64,000 bases of DNA from Candidatus Enterousia sp. (GCA_045648925.1 JAZROY010000009.1:1062-65061); one strand, 5' to 3'; positions 39,577 through 48,278 are shown, counted from the stretch's first letter. Numbers and translations: made by a program. The notes: generated from the letters alone by a model not told the origin.

Positions 39577-39831
39577 CTATTTTTTGCCGATTCTTTGTTG
39601 TTCCAACCATTGATTCACATCGGATTTGCGATATCGCACCATTTTGCCGATTTTAAAGTATTCCGGTCCAGTACCCAGCGCACGATATTGACTTAATGCC
39701 GAAATGGATGATTCAAGATATTGAGCCAACTGTCTTGGCGTCATAAGTTTATCTTTTTCTCCGTTTTCGTTTATAAAATAACAACTTGTATCTCTCTCCA
39801 TCCCCCAATTTTTTTTGAACTCTTGTTCCAT
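39577..39831 (-). CDS. Excisionase-like HTH of element B
   Basis: LMTPRQLAQYL...GPEYFKIGKMVRYRKSDVNQWL. Confidence 0.88.
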   Translation of the reverse strand: MEQEFKKNWGMERDTSCYFINENGEKDKLMTPRQLAQYLESSISALSQYRALGTGPEYFKIGKMVRYRKSDVNQWLEQQRIGKK

Positions 39832-39990
39832 GTTTTTCTCCTTTGGGTTTTGATGGTTTTTGTCCGGTTTAAAAATGTCTCAAGATATCGTCAAATATCG
39901 CAACATTTTTTAATATCCGTACATATAACTTATAGCACATTAAAAAACAAAAATCTTCTAAAAACCGCAGAAAATTGCACTTTTTTGACG

Positions 39991-40040
39991 ATCTAAAAGC
40001 AATCAAAAACTAGTCAAAACTATCAAAAACAATCAAAAGC
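39991..40040 (+). repeat. Five phased 10-bp A-tract units
   Basis: atctaaaagc aatcaaaaac tagtcaaaac tatcaaaaac aatcaaaagc. Confidence 0.75.
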
Positions 40041-40187
40041 AATAATAAATACAACAATATTAAATTATATGATTTTTTGTTCATCGGCGTCACTCGGTCA
40101 AAAAACGACCGTTTTTACCAGATGTAATTTTGATAGAAAAAGCATATATTTTTTTATTAAAAACTACTGTTGCTTATCCATATTATA

Positions 40188-40216
40188 TTGATTTTTTTGT
40201 TGTTTTGTGGTATAAT
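40188..40216 (+). promoter_or_regulatory. sigma70 promoter with extended -10 upstream of the toxin gene
   Basis: TTGATT-17 nt-TATAAT with TG at 40208-40209. Confidence 0.65.
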
Positions 40217-40336
40217 ACTCTTAACTTCAAAGGCACATTTTGTGCCGTTTTTTATTGCCTGCAATATCACCCACAAAATTTTGCAATTTTGCGGGGCCCG
40301 ATGTGCGGGCTTTTTTATTTAACAAAGGAGTTTTAT

Positions 40337-41407
40337 ATGGATACAAATTGGAACGGTGCATATTGGGACGAAAACGGAGTTTTACATATTGATGTTTATG
40401 CAAATCCACCGCAAATAGAACCAGAAATAAAAACAGATGAAACCGATGATGAGGTTGATGAATATTCAGAAGATGATTTTGATGAAGAATATGATGAAGA
40501 TGAAGTAGAACATACTTATGCTACCATAGATTGCGGTGGTGATTGCGGCGGATGTGTGGCTTTGATTGTTGACGACGAAGTCGTGTCTGGACCACCGTTT
40601 CACCCCAACTGTCGTTGTGTGTTAAGTATGGAAGATATAGAAAATGCACACTATCATGATTCTCATTTGCATCAAGATGTTGCAAGCGATAGAAGTGTGG
40701 ATACTCGCGATATCAAATGGTTAAAAAGGGCTTTGTTCAAACTTGGCTACTATACCCCTGATTCCAGAGCTGGAGAATCTGATAAAAAACTAAATCAATA
40801 TCCAAATCAGAGATTATTTGAAGCGATAGAAAATTTTAGAAAAGAAAATAAAATTAAAGAAAATGGTGCCGTAAAACCAGGTCATTGGACCGAAGTAAAA
40901 ATAAAAGAAGAATTAAAACAACAACAAGAACCTTATAGATATAAGGGTAATACTTTTGAAACAAAAATAGATGTTAAAGATGGTCAATACGCCGTATTTG
41001 ACGGACAAAAATTAACAGTTTATGATGGTGATAATACAATTTTATTCTGGAATGCGGTATCCGGAAAAGATGGATTTCAAACCCCCGAATATCAAGATCA
41101 AAAAAACAAAGGGCCAATACCAAAAGGTACATATGTTGCCCGACAAAATGAATTACAATATCGTTCTGATTATAATGTTATAAAACGATACACTTCTTGG
41201 CCGGGTGGCGAATCTAGTTGGGGCAATTCGCGAGTATGGTTAGAACCATCCAAAGAAACAAATACTTTTGGAAGAGACGGTTTTTCTATTCATGGCGGTG
41301 CGACACCTGGCTCTGCTGGTTGTATAGATTTAACATCAGGCATGGACGGTTTTACTGATTGGTTCAAAAACAATGGACATGATTTGATTATCAATGTAGA
41401 ATATTAA
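40337..41407 (+). CDS. Polymorphic-toxin-like protein: MuF motif + PG-binding-like + Tlde1/DUF2778-like domain
   Basis: CGGC...PPFHPNCRC; DIKWLKRALFKLGYY; KGPIPKGTY...GRDGFSIHGG...SAGCIDL; start ATG 40337 with AAGGAG RBS. Confidence 0.75.
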   Translation: MDTNWNGAYWDENGVLHIDVYANPPQIEPEIKTDETDDEVDEYSEDDFDEEYDEDEVEHTYATIDCGGDCGGCVALIVDDEVVSGPPFHPNCRCVLSMEDIENAHYHDSHLHQDVASDRSVDTRDIKWLKRALFKLGYYTPDSRAGESDKKLNQYPNQRLFEAIENFRKENKIKENGAVKPGHWTEVKIKEELKQQQEPYRYKGNTFETKIDVKDGQYAVFDGQKLTVYDGDNTILFWNAVSGKDGFQTPEYQDQKNKGPIPKGTYVARQNELQYRSDYNVIKRYTSWPGGESSWGNSRVWLEPSKETNTFGRDGFSIHGGATPGSAGCIDLTSGMDGFTDWFKNNGHDLIINVEY

Positions 41408-41409
41408 CC

Positions 41410-41751
41410 ATGAAACAAAAAATGTACCTTTTTATGTATATAATTGCCGGATTTTTATTCGGCACTTTATATACCTTTTTGTGTGATTTAGCTTACTTTA
41501 GTAGGATTGCAAAATATGAAAGCATTTGGATAAACACATATTCCCATATGAATGGGAATCAACAACAGGTTTGGATGGCAAATAATGATATTTTTTGCAT
41601 ATTTATAGTACTTGGACTATTGATGTGGATTGGTTATGTTCTTGCACCTATTTATAGGGAAAAGGTATTTTTTATTCCTTTATTGGGCGTGCCAGTATTT
41701 TTTATAATTCAATTTATATTGTGTTCGGTTTTAAGAATAATTTGTTTATAG
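41410..41751 (+). CDS. Small membrane protein, candidate immunity protein
   Basis: Three hydrophobic segments; starts 2 nt after toxin stop. Confidence 0.6.
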   Translation: MKQKMYLFMYIIAGFLFGTLYTFLCDLAYFSRIAKYESIWINTYSHMNGNQQQVWMANNDIFCIFIVLGLLMWIGYVLAPIYREKVFFIPLLGVPVFFIIQFILCSVLRIICL

Positions 41752-41874
41752 CACCACGATTCCTTGCTTTTACAACGGAAGTTATGTGGTTGTTACCTGT
41801 TTGCCATTGAACATTTTTTACACACAAGATAAATCATTGCTATTTAATGCTTAATGGGCTATTTTTGTATTGAT

Positions 41875-42300
41875 ATGACAAAGATATTCACGATTGGTTT
41901 CAGTGGTAAAACCCCAGAAGCATTTCTGGATGTGTTGAATGCGGCACGCATAAGTTGTGTTTGGGATATCCGCCAATGGCGGACCAGCACCTATGTCCCA
42001 TATTATAACGGTGATAATTTAGCAAAAGTTTTGAGCAATCGCTATGAATATCATCCAGAATTTGCGCCAACTTCTGATATTTTAGTGGCGTATAAAGATA
42101 AAAAAATTACATGGGCAGAATACGAAAAAATGTATCGCGAATTATTGCAAAAACGCAATCCGTTGCAAAAGTGCGATATATCAAAACTTGATAGGATATG
42201 TTTGTTGTGTACAGAAAAATCTGCAATACAATGTCATCGCAGATTAGCCGCCGAATATATTACAGCACAATTACCAGATATTGAAATTGTGCATTTATAA
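41875..42300 (+). CDS. DUF488 family protein
   Basis: IFTIGFSGK...WDIR...CLLCTEKS...CHRRL. Confidence 0.85.
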   Translation: MTKIFTIGFSGKTPEAFLDVLNAARISCVWDIRQWRTSTYVPYYNGDNLAKVLSNRYEYHPEFAPTSDILVAYKDKKITWAEYEKMYRELLQKRNPLQKCDISKLDRICLLCTEKSAIQCHRRLAAEYITAQLPDIEIVHL

Positions 42301-42349
42301 AAAAAATTCCGTGCACCAATTTTTAGGGGGCGCTTTTTTGTTTGCTTTG

Positions 42350-42438
42350 GATACATCTAGCTACACGACGACACAATTTTTTTCCTACACATTGGCTACA
42401 CAATAAAAATTTGCTACACGGTGGATACACGGCTACAC
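42350..42438 (+). repeat. G(C/A)TACA(C/T) arm-type repeat array, right arm of element B
   Basis: At least 6 copies including 42360, 42395, 42413, 42424, 42432; same motif at 22631 and 22642. Confidence 0.78.
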
Positions 42439-42509
42439 AATCCGCAACTCCACGATTTCCGCGTCACACACGATGTTCATAAAAAGTTTTTCTGAATTTT
42501 TGGGACCTG

Positions 42510-42529
42510 CTGTTAATCCGTATGTCACT
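42510..42529 (+). repeat. att core at right end of element B
   Basis: 20-bp identity to tRNA-Asn 2156-2175, spanning the anticodon loop. Confidence 0.85.
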
Positions 42530-42645
42530 TTCCTTGGTGGGTCACATATGTAAAATACGCCGGATTTCTGCGGAAAAATTGCATAAATGTTGATTGTTTA
42601 GACAAATCAAAAAATGATTGTTTTTACAAAAATTTACTCAAAAAT

Positions 42646-42666
42646 ACGGATCAATCCGTATGTCAC
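42646..42666 (+). repeat. Degenerate att core (remnant)
   Basis: ACGGA-tc-AATCCGTATGTCAC (14-bp match at 42653-42666, anticodon loop altered); GCTACAC arm at 42780. Confidence 0.65.
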
Positions 42667-42912
42667 GACAAACAAACTCTTAAAAAACGCAGAAAATCGA
42701 CACAATCGTCCGTGTGTCTGGTAATTTTTTCGTATATTTGTGCTTAATCACCACCAAAAAACAAAAAATCTACATATTTGCTACACAGTGGCTATACGAA
42801 GTAAAACCTGGTTTTATTTCATGACTTTTATTTACATAATCTTCATATGGAAACCTTGATTTTGTGAATTTATGCGGTAGTATCAATGTGTCAACATAAC
42901 TGGAGAGTAAAA

Positions 42913-43320
42913 ATGGCGGAATTTAAAGTTGCCCTGAAGGCAATTATACACAAAGATGGCAAAATTTTGGTTTTAAAACGCAGTTGCGAAGAAGATGTAT
43001 TTGCGGAACTGTGGGATATTCCCGGTGGCAAAATTGAATATGGTGAAAAAACCACAGATGGTATAAAACGCGAAGTTTTTGAAGAAACCGGATTAGATGT
43101 AGAAATAGAATTCAGACCTTGGTCTTTGTGGTCCTTTATGATGCCGGCCAAAGAAAGGCAGACCGTTGGTATCACTTTGTTGGCAAAATATCTGGGAGGA
43201 GAAGTAAAGTTGTCGAATGAACACACCGATTATAAATGGATAGATCCGTCAGAATTTGCAGATTTGCCCGCAGACCCCAGTTTAAAAAATGAGATTGCAA
43301 AATACGCAGAACAAAAATAA
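42913..43320 (+). CDS. NUDIX hydrolase
   Basis: Nudix box GGKIEYGEKTTDGIKREVFEETGL. Confidence 0.92.
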   Translation: MAEFKVALKAIIHKDGKILVLKRSCEEDVFAELWDIPGGKIEYGEKTTDGIKREVFEETGLDVEIEFRPWSLWSFMMPAKERQTVGITLLAKYLGGEVKLSNEHTDYKWIDPSEFADLPADPSLKNEIAKYAEQK

Positions 43321-43490
43321 TTTTATTATCTTGACAACCCCGGCACCAATCAGCCACAGAACAGCCGAAGAAAATCTGGGGTTGGATATTTATCTACTAT
43401 TTTACAAAGTAAGGGTTATGATGTAAAAATTCTTGATGTTTGGTTGCCAAGAAAATTATCAAAATCAATATCGGCCCGGAAATTATAATA
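43289..43490 (+). pseudogene. Frameshifted N-terminal fragment of a B12-binding (class B) radical SAM-like gene
   Basis: MRLQ...TPAPISHRTAEENLGL / frameshift / GYLSTILQSKGYDVKILDVWL, then stop. Confidence 0.65.
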
Positions 43491-43650
43491 ATTTACTTTC
43501 TGTTCACGATAATCAACTTCTAAAAGTTTGTTCCATACACCATTTATATATGGACCACATTGGATTATGTTTTTATTTTTATTGCAAAGATGAAAAATAG
43601 TTTTAAAATGTCACTGGCAACTTTTGTGTTTAGTATTAAGGAGTTTATCT

Positions 43651-45381
43651 ATGAAATATCTCATAACCAGTGCTTTACCGTATGTAAATGGAACAAAGCA
43701 TCTTGGAAATCTTGTCGGTTCTTTATTGCCTTCGGATGTGTACGCACGGTATCTGAGATCTAAAGGCGAAGATGTATTATATATTTGTGCAACCGATGAA
43801 CATGGTAGTCCAACTGAAGTTGCTGCAAAAAAAGAAGGGATAACACCCCAAGAATTGTGCGATAGGCAATTCACAATTCAACAAGAAATGAACAAATTTT
43901 ATAATTTGTCTTTTGATTATTTTGGACGCAGTTCTTCTAAAAACAACATCAAATTAACACAATATATTGCCAAAAAACTTGAAGAAAACGGCTTTATAGA
44001 AGAAAGAACTATTAAACAATTCTTTTCTGTTGATGATAATATGTTTCTTGCAGACCGCTTCATCATTGGCAAATGCCCTTTTTGTGGTTATGATAGTGCA
44101 CGTGGCGACCAATGTGAATCATGTACTAAGGTTTTAGATCCAACAGATTTGATAGACCCAAAATCTGCTATCTCTGGAAGCTCTAACCTTGAATTACGTG
44201 AAACGAAACATTTATTTTTGCTACAGTCTAAACTTGAGCAAGATTTACAAAAATGGATAGAAACACAAGATTCTTGGCCAAAGTTGGTTAAAAGCATCGC
44301 CCAAAAATGGCTTAAAGAAGGTTTGCAAGACCGCTGTATTACACGTGATTTATCGTGGGGGGTACCAGTAGATAAACCTGGGTATGAAAATAAAGTATTC
44401 TATGTTTGGTTTGATGCCCCTATTGCTTATATCTCTGCAACAAAAGATTGGTCGGATCAAGATCCAAAAAATCGTAACTATATGGACTGGTGGGCAGCAG
44501 ACAGCGATACTAGATACACTCAATTTATGGGTAAAGACAATATACCATTTCATACTATAACATTTCCAGCCACTATCATAGGTGCAGGGAACGAATTCAA
44601 ACAACCCAATTATATCAAAGGGGTTAATTGGTTGAATTATTATGATGGAAAATTTTCAACAAGTTTAAAACGTGGCATATTCATGAACCAAGCGATGGAG
44701 TTGTATCCTGCTGATTATTGGCGTTATGCACTGATGGCGAACATTCCAGAAAGCGACGATAGTAATTTTACATGGGAAGCTTTTGCCAAAGCAGTGAATA
44801 GTGAATTAGCCGATGCATACGGCAATTTTATACAACGCGTATTTGTGATGAATAATAAACATTTTGGAGATGTGATTCCGAGTGGTGGTATAGAAACAGA
44901 TATCGAAAAACGGTATTCTGCCAATATAGAAAAATTGATAAAAGAATATGACACAAATATGAAAGCATTAGAGTTTAGAAAATCAATTCAAACATTGTAT
45001 ACGATATTTTCTACTGCAAATGCTTATTTTACTGAAAAAGAGCCTTGGAAACGTGCGAAAGAAAACGATATGGCTGATGTTGCACTTACACTACGTTATT
45101 CATTTAATTTGGCTAGAATTTGCGCGATTTTATCTTCGCCTATAATACCAGAAACATCTAGAAAAATTTTTGATGCATTAAATATTTCAGATGATATGTG
45201 TCGGTTCCCAGATGGCGACATTTCAACAGAATTAACGAGATTAAAGCCAGAACATCCTGTGTCTCATCCAGGAATTCTGTTTCAAAAAATTTTGCCGGAA
45301 CAGATAGAATCACTAAAACAAAAATTTGGGGATGGAACAGATAAAACAGGTGCACGTCACGGAAAAGAATTACATATTTAA
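43651..45381 (+). CDS. metG: Methionine--tRNA ligase (MetRS2-like)
   Basis: ALPYVNGTKHLGN, zinc knuckle CPFC...GDQCESC, WFDAPIAY, GKDNIPFH, KFSTS; AAGGAG RBS. Confidence 0.95.
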   Translation: MKYLITSALPYVNGTKHLGNLVGSLLPSDVYARYLRSKGEDVLYICATDEHGSPTEVAAKKEGITPQELCDRQFTIQQEMNKFYNLSFDYFGRSSSKNNIKLTQYIAKKLEENGFIEERTIKQFFSVDDNMFLADRFIIGKCPFCGYDSARGDQCESCTKVLDPTDLIDPKSAISGSSNLELRETKHLFLLQSKLEQDLQKWIETQDSWPKLVKSIAQKWLKEGLQDRCITRDLSWGVPVDKPGYENKVFYVWFDAPIAYISATKDWSDQDPKNRNYMDWWAADSDTRYTQFMGKDNIPFHTITFPATIIGAGNEFKQPNYIKGVNWLNYYDGKFSTSLKRGIFMNQAMELYPADYWRYALMANIPESDDSNFTWEAFAKAVNSELADAYGNFIQRVFVMNNKHFGDVIPSGGIETDIEKRYSANIEKLIKEYDTNMKALEFRKSIQTLYTIFSTANAYFTEKEPWKRAKENDMADVALTLRYSFNLARICAILSSPIIPETSRKIFDALNISDDMCRFPDGDISTELTRLKPEHPVSHPGILFQKILPEQIESLKQKFGDGTDKTGARHGKELHI

Positions 45382-45400
45382 AACGACTCGAGATTTTGTA

Positions 45401-45778
45401 ATGTTGTCAAAAAAACAAGATATTGCACCGGATATTCCATACCAGTTCACCATGAGTGTTCGACACAAATATTTTGAAATGATAAAATCTGGACAAAAAG
45501 ATATTGAATTACGCGCATACGATGAAAAACGCAAAAAGATGAAGGCGGGTGATAGATTCTTGTTATACGATGCAGAAAATGAAAGAGAATCTATTATCTG
45601 TGAAATATTAAATATGCACGTTGCACCAGATTTTGAATCTTTGTTTAAAAATCTGGATATCAAACGTTCCGGTTTTCGCGATATAGATGAATTGATGGAT
45701 GTAATTACTAAATTTGTATCACGCGCGGAATTACAGCGTGAACAAGTTGTTGGTATTGAAATAAAACGGGTTAGATAA
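45401..45778 (+). CDS. ASCH domain protein
   Basis: MSVRHKYFEMIKSGQKDIELRAYDEKRKKMKAGD; likely start 45401. Confidence 0.85.
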   Translation: MLSKKQDIAPDIPYQFTMSVRHKYFEMIKSGQKDIELRAYDEKRKKMKAGDRFLLYDAENERESIICEILNMHVAPDFESLFKNLDIKRSGFRDIDELMDVITKFVSRAELQREQVVGIEIKRVR

Positions 45779-45857
45779 TAATTTTGTTAATCCGTAAAAT
45801 TATCTGCATATTTGGAACATATTTAAAAATCGGTATTTTGCCGTCCAGCGCAAATTT

Positions 45858-46478
45858 TTATACAAACTTGTGAACGTCTTTTTCCAAGAGTCTTTTCTTA
45901 TGAACAGTTTGGGTTCGTTTATTGATATAACTAAAACGTGGGCAGTTTTCATCGTGGTCGTTTATAATGCCACATGCCTGCAGGTGTGAATATATTGTGA
46001 TTGACCCCAGATATTTGAATCCACGATGTTTCAAATCACGACTTATTTTGTCTGACAGACCATTGCTGACAGGGATATATCCCATGTTATGTTTATCGTA
46101 CAAAATGGTTTTATTATCAGAAAATGCCCATATGTAATTACAAAAAGAACCAAATTCTTTCCTTATTTGCTGAAAGCATTTTGCGTTGCTGATAATCGCA
46201 TTTATCTTTCGGGGCGATTTTATCATCCCCGTTGTGTTCATAATGCGGTTAATGTCGGTATCATCATATAATGCGATTTTATCATAATTGAAATTATCAA
46301 AGCATTTTCTGAAAATATCCCGTTTATTTATCATCAAATCCCAGCTAAGTCCGCACTGCATAACTTCCATCATCAAATATTCAAATTGTTTTCTGTCATC
46401 GTGTATTGGCACGCCCCATTCGTTATCATGGTATTTCTGGTTCAATAAAGATGTATGTTCCCAATTACAATACGACAT
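45858..46478 (-). CDS. tag: DNA-3-methyladenine glycosylase I
   Basis: YHDNEWG, EVMQCGLSW, GIINDH..C. Confidence 0.93.
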   Translation of the reverse strand: MSYCNWEHTSLLNQKYHDNEWGVPIHDDRKQFEYLMMEVMQCGLSWDLMINKRDIFRKCFDNFNYDKIALYDDTDINRIMNTTGMIKSPRKINAIISNAKCFQQIRKEFGSFCNYIWAFSDNKTILYDKHNMGYIPVSNGLSDKISRDLKHRGFKYLGSITIYSHLQACGIINDHDENCPRFSYINKRTQTVHKKRLLEKDVHKFV

Positions 46479-46833
46479 GTTTTTTCTCGGTCAGTTCAAA
46501 CGATACTTTTATCAATTGTTTTATATTCTTTTGTGGCACTGTGCCATCCAGAACAACCGAAATCCAATTTGCCTTGCTCATATGATATGCCGGCAGGATG
46601 CCCGGAATATCACGCAAAAAACCGATATCATCGGTTGAACATTTTACATTTATAACATCTATATTTTCATCACCAGATAATTTCAAAACCCGTCGCGGCA
46701 CAGTCATTATAATTGCAAACCATTTTCGATTATCATTGTGGCGAAAAACACAACAAGTTGGATACCGTTTCCAAAGGTATTCTGGTTTCGCGTGATATGT
46801 TTTTAACATAAAATCAATGATATCTTGTTTCAT
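46465..46833 (-). CDS. MmcQ/YjbR family protein
   Basis: KWFAI, INVKC, PAYHMSKANWISV. Confidence 0.88.
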   Translation of the reverse strand: MKQDIIDFMLKTYHAKPEYLWKRYPTCCVFRHNDNRKWFAIIMTVPRRVLKLSGDENIDVINVKCSTDDIGFLRDIPGILPAYHMSKANWISVVLDGTVPQKNIKQLIKVSFELTEKKHVVL

Positions 46834-46885
46834 TATTCTTATTATTTGCTTATATGATTATACATAATATCATAATTTATTGTAT

Positions 46886-47818
46886 TTATTTATCAACACC
46901 ATATCCTGTTTGTCCTGTGCCACCAGGTAAAAGTACCTGTTGTGTTACAGCGTCCCACAAACAATTTGTTGGTGCAATATATCCACAAATATTTGTTCCC
47001 TGGGCCACGGGTTGATATTCATGCAACAGATTACCATTTTTATCCCAAACCTTGATTGAATATAACCAGATGTCACCACTATTAGAACTTACGGTCTTCC
47101 AATCATTTTTTAAAATCTTTATTGTGTTGTTTGTCGTATTACAGTTGTAAGAGTTCATCTGACCTAACTTTCCATTATTACTGACAACATCATGATATAT
47201 TAACTTTTTTGTTGGTCCAGATTTATGGTTTTTTATTATCCATGCGTGTTTATCAGTCATTGATAGTGAACTGCCACGGAAATATGTGCCATAAGTAGAG
47301 GTTCCGATTCTAAAATATATATCACCATAACTATCGACCGTGACATCATAAAAACATGTTGAACCAGATGTTCCATATAACCGGGCATTTTCACCGTTAA
47401 CTATTTTTGCGGTTATTTCTACTTCATTAGTGTTATCGGGACCAAAACCAGTATCAAAATACTGATTTCCATCAGAAATCAAATATGCATTCGTATCTGT
47501 TTGTGTCCATGTGCAACTGATTGACAATTGTTCCGGTGCCGGTGGTGTCGCAGGCATAATATATTGACCCGATGGACATTCACCATCACAAACAGTATAT
47601 GTCGTTCCACCAAATTCAACATGCAAAGAATCTGAAGCCCAGGTAGTTGTCAACGGCGCACACCAATATTCATTACCGTATTGAACATTTAATTTATGTG
47701 TCGAAGTACACGATTGTAAAAGATTGATTGATTTATTACCAAAACACAAAACCCGACCATATACAACAGTTGCCCATTGCATCAAAAACAACAGCAAAAA
47801 TGCCTTAAAAAACTTCAT
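46886..47818 (-). CDS. Secreted Cys-containing protein with beta-sandwich-like C-terminal region
   Basis: Signal peptide, Cys-rich N-module, YFDTG motif. Confidence 0.65.
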   Translation of the reverse strand: MKFFKAFLLLFLMQWATVVYGRVLCFGNKSINLLQSCTSTHKLNVQYGNEYWCAPLTTTWASDSLHVEFGGTTYTVCDGECPSGQYIMPATPPAPEQLSISCTWTQTDTNAYLISDGNQYFDTGFGPDNTNEVEITAKIVNGENARLYGTSGSTCFYDVTVDSYGDIYFRIGTSTYGTYFRGSSLSMTDKHAWIIKNHKSGPTKKLIYHDVVSNNGKLGQMNSYNCNTTNNTIKILKNDWKTVSSNSGDIWLYSIKVWDKNGNLLHEYQPVAQGTNICGYIAPTNCLWDAVTQQVLLPGGTGQTGYGVDK

Positions 47819-47934
47819 TTCTAATGATTTTGTATCCTTAATCTCCTTTGAATTATTTAAATGATATTAAAATCGTATTTTTTAATCAATAAAAAAACCG
47901 CCTGTTGGCGGTGTATTATGTATAAATAAAAAAA

Positions 47935-48174
47935 TTATTTTTTGCGTTTCTTTGGGATTACTTTTTTGGCTTCATAATGTTCATCAACATATTTTAATAT
48001 TTTTCTGGTATTTTTTCTAAGTGTTGCCTGCATATCTGCACAATGCCCGTTCATTTCATTCATTATAAACATAACCATTTCTTTGGCTGATTTTTGTTTT
48101 TTCCAAACACATTTACCAAACAGATAATATCTTTTGTAAAATGGATCTTCTTTTTTTGTGAACATGTCCCCCAC
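47935..48174 (-). CDS. Small basic hypothetical protein
   Basis: 79-aa ORF followed by the hairpin ACCGCC-tgtt-GGCGGT. Confidence 0.5.
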   Translation of the reverse strand: MGDMFTKKEDPFYKRYYLFGKCVWKKQKSAKEMVMFIMNEMNGHCADMQATLRKNTRKILKYVDEHYEAKKVIPKKRKK

Positions 48175-48278
48175 CCTTTTTATAGTTCTTTATTTTCATA
48201 TTGCTGCACAGCGATTTAACACCCCTGTACCTAGGTATATTATACTAAAAAATTCACATTATTGCAACAAAGAATCTT

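Larger units (their letters stand above)
22475..42529. mobile_element. Integrative element B (~20.0 kb), tandem with A
   Basis: 20-bp core CTGTTAATCCGTATGTCACT at 22480 and 42510; GCTACAC arm repeats at 22631/22642 and 42360-42438; own int and xis. Confidence 0.82.

Noticed and set aside
38315-39610. 431-aa integrase start at 39610
   Set aside because: Overlaps xis and the arm sites; ATG 39511 has a clear RBS
40130-40336. N-terminal 69 aa of the toxin ORF
   Set aside because: Region holds the promoter and hairpins; true start is likely 40337
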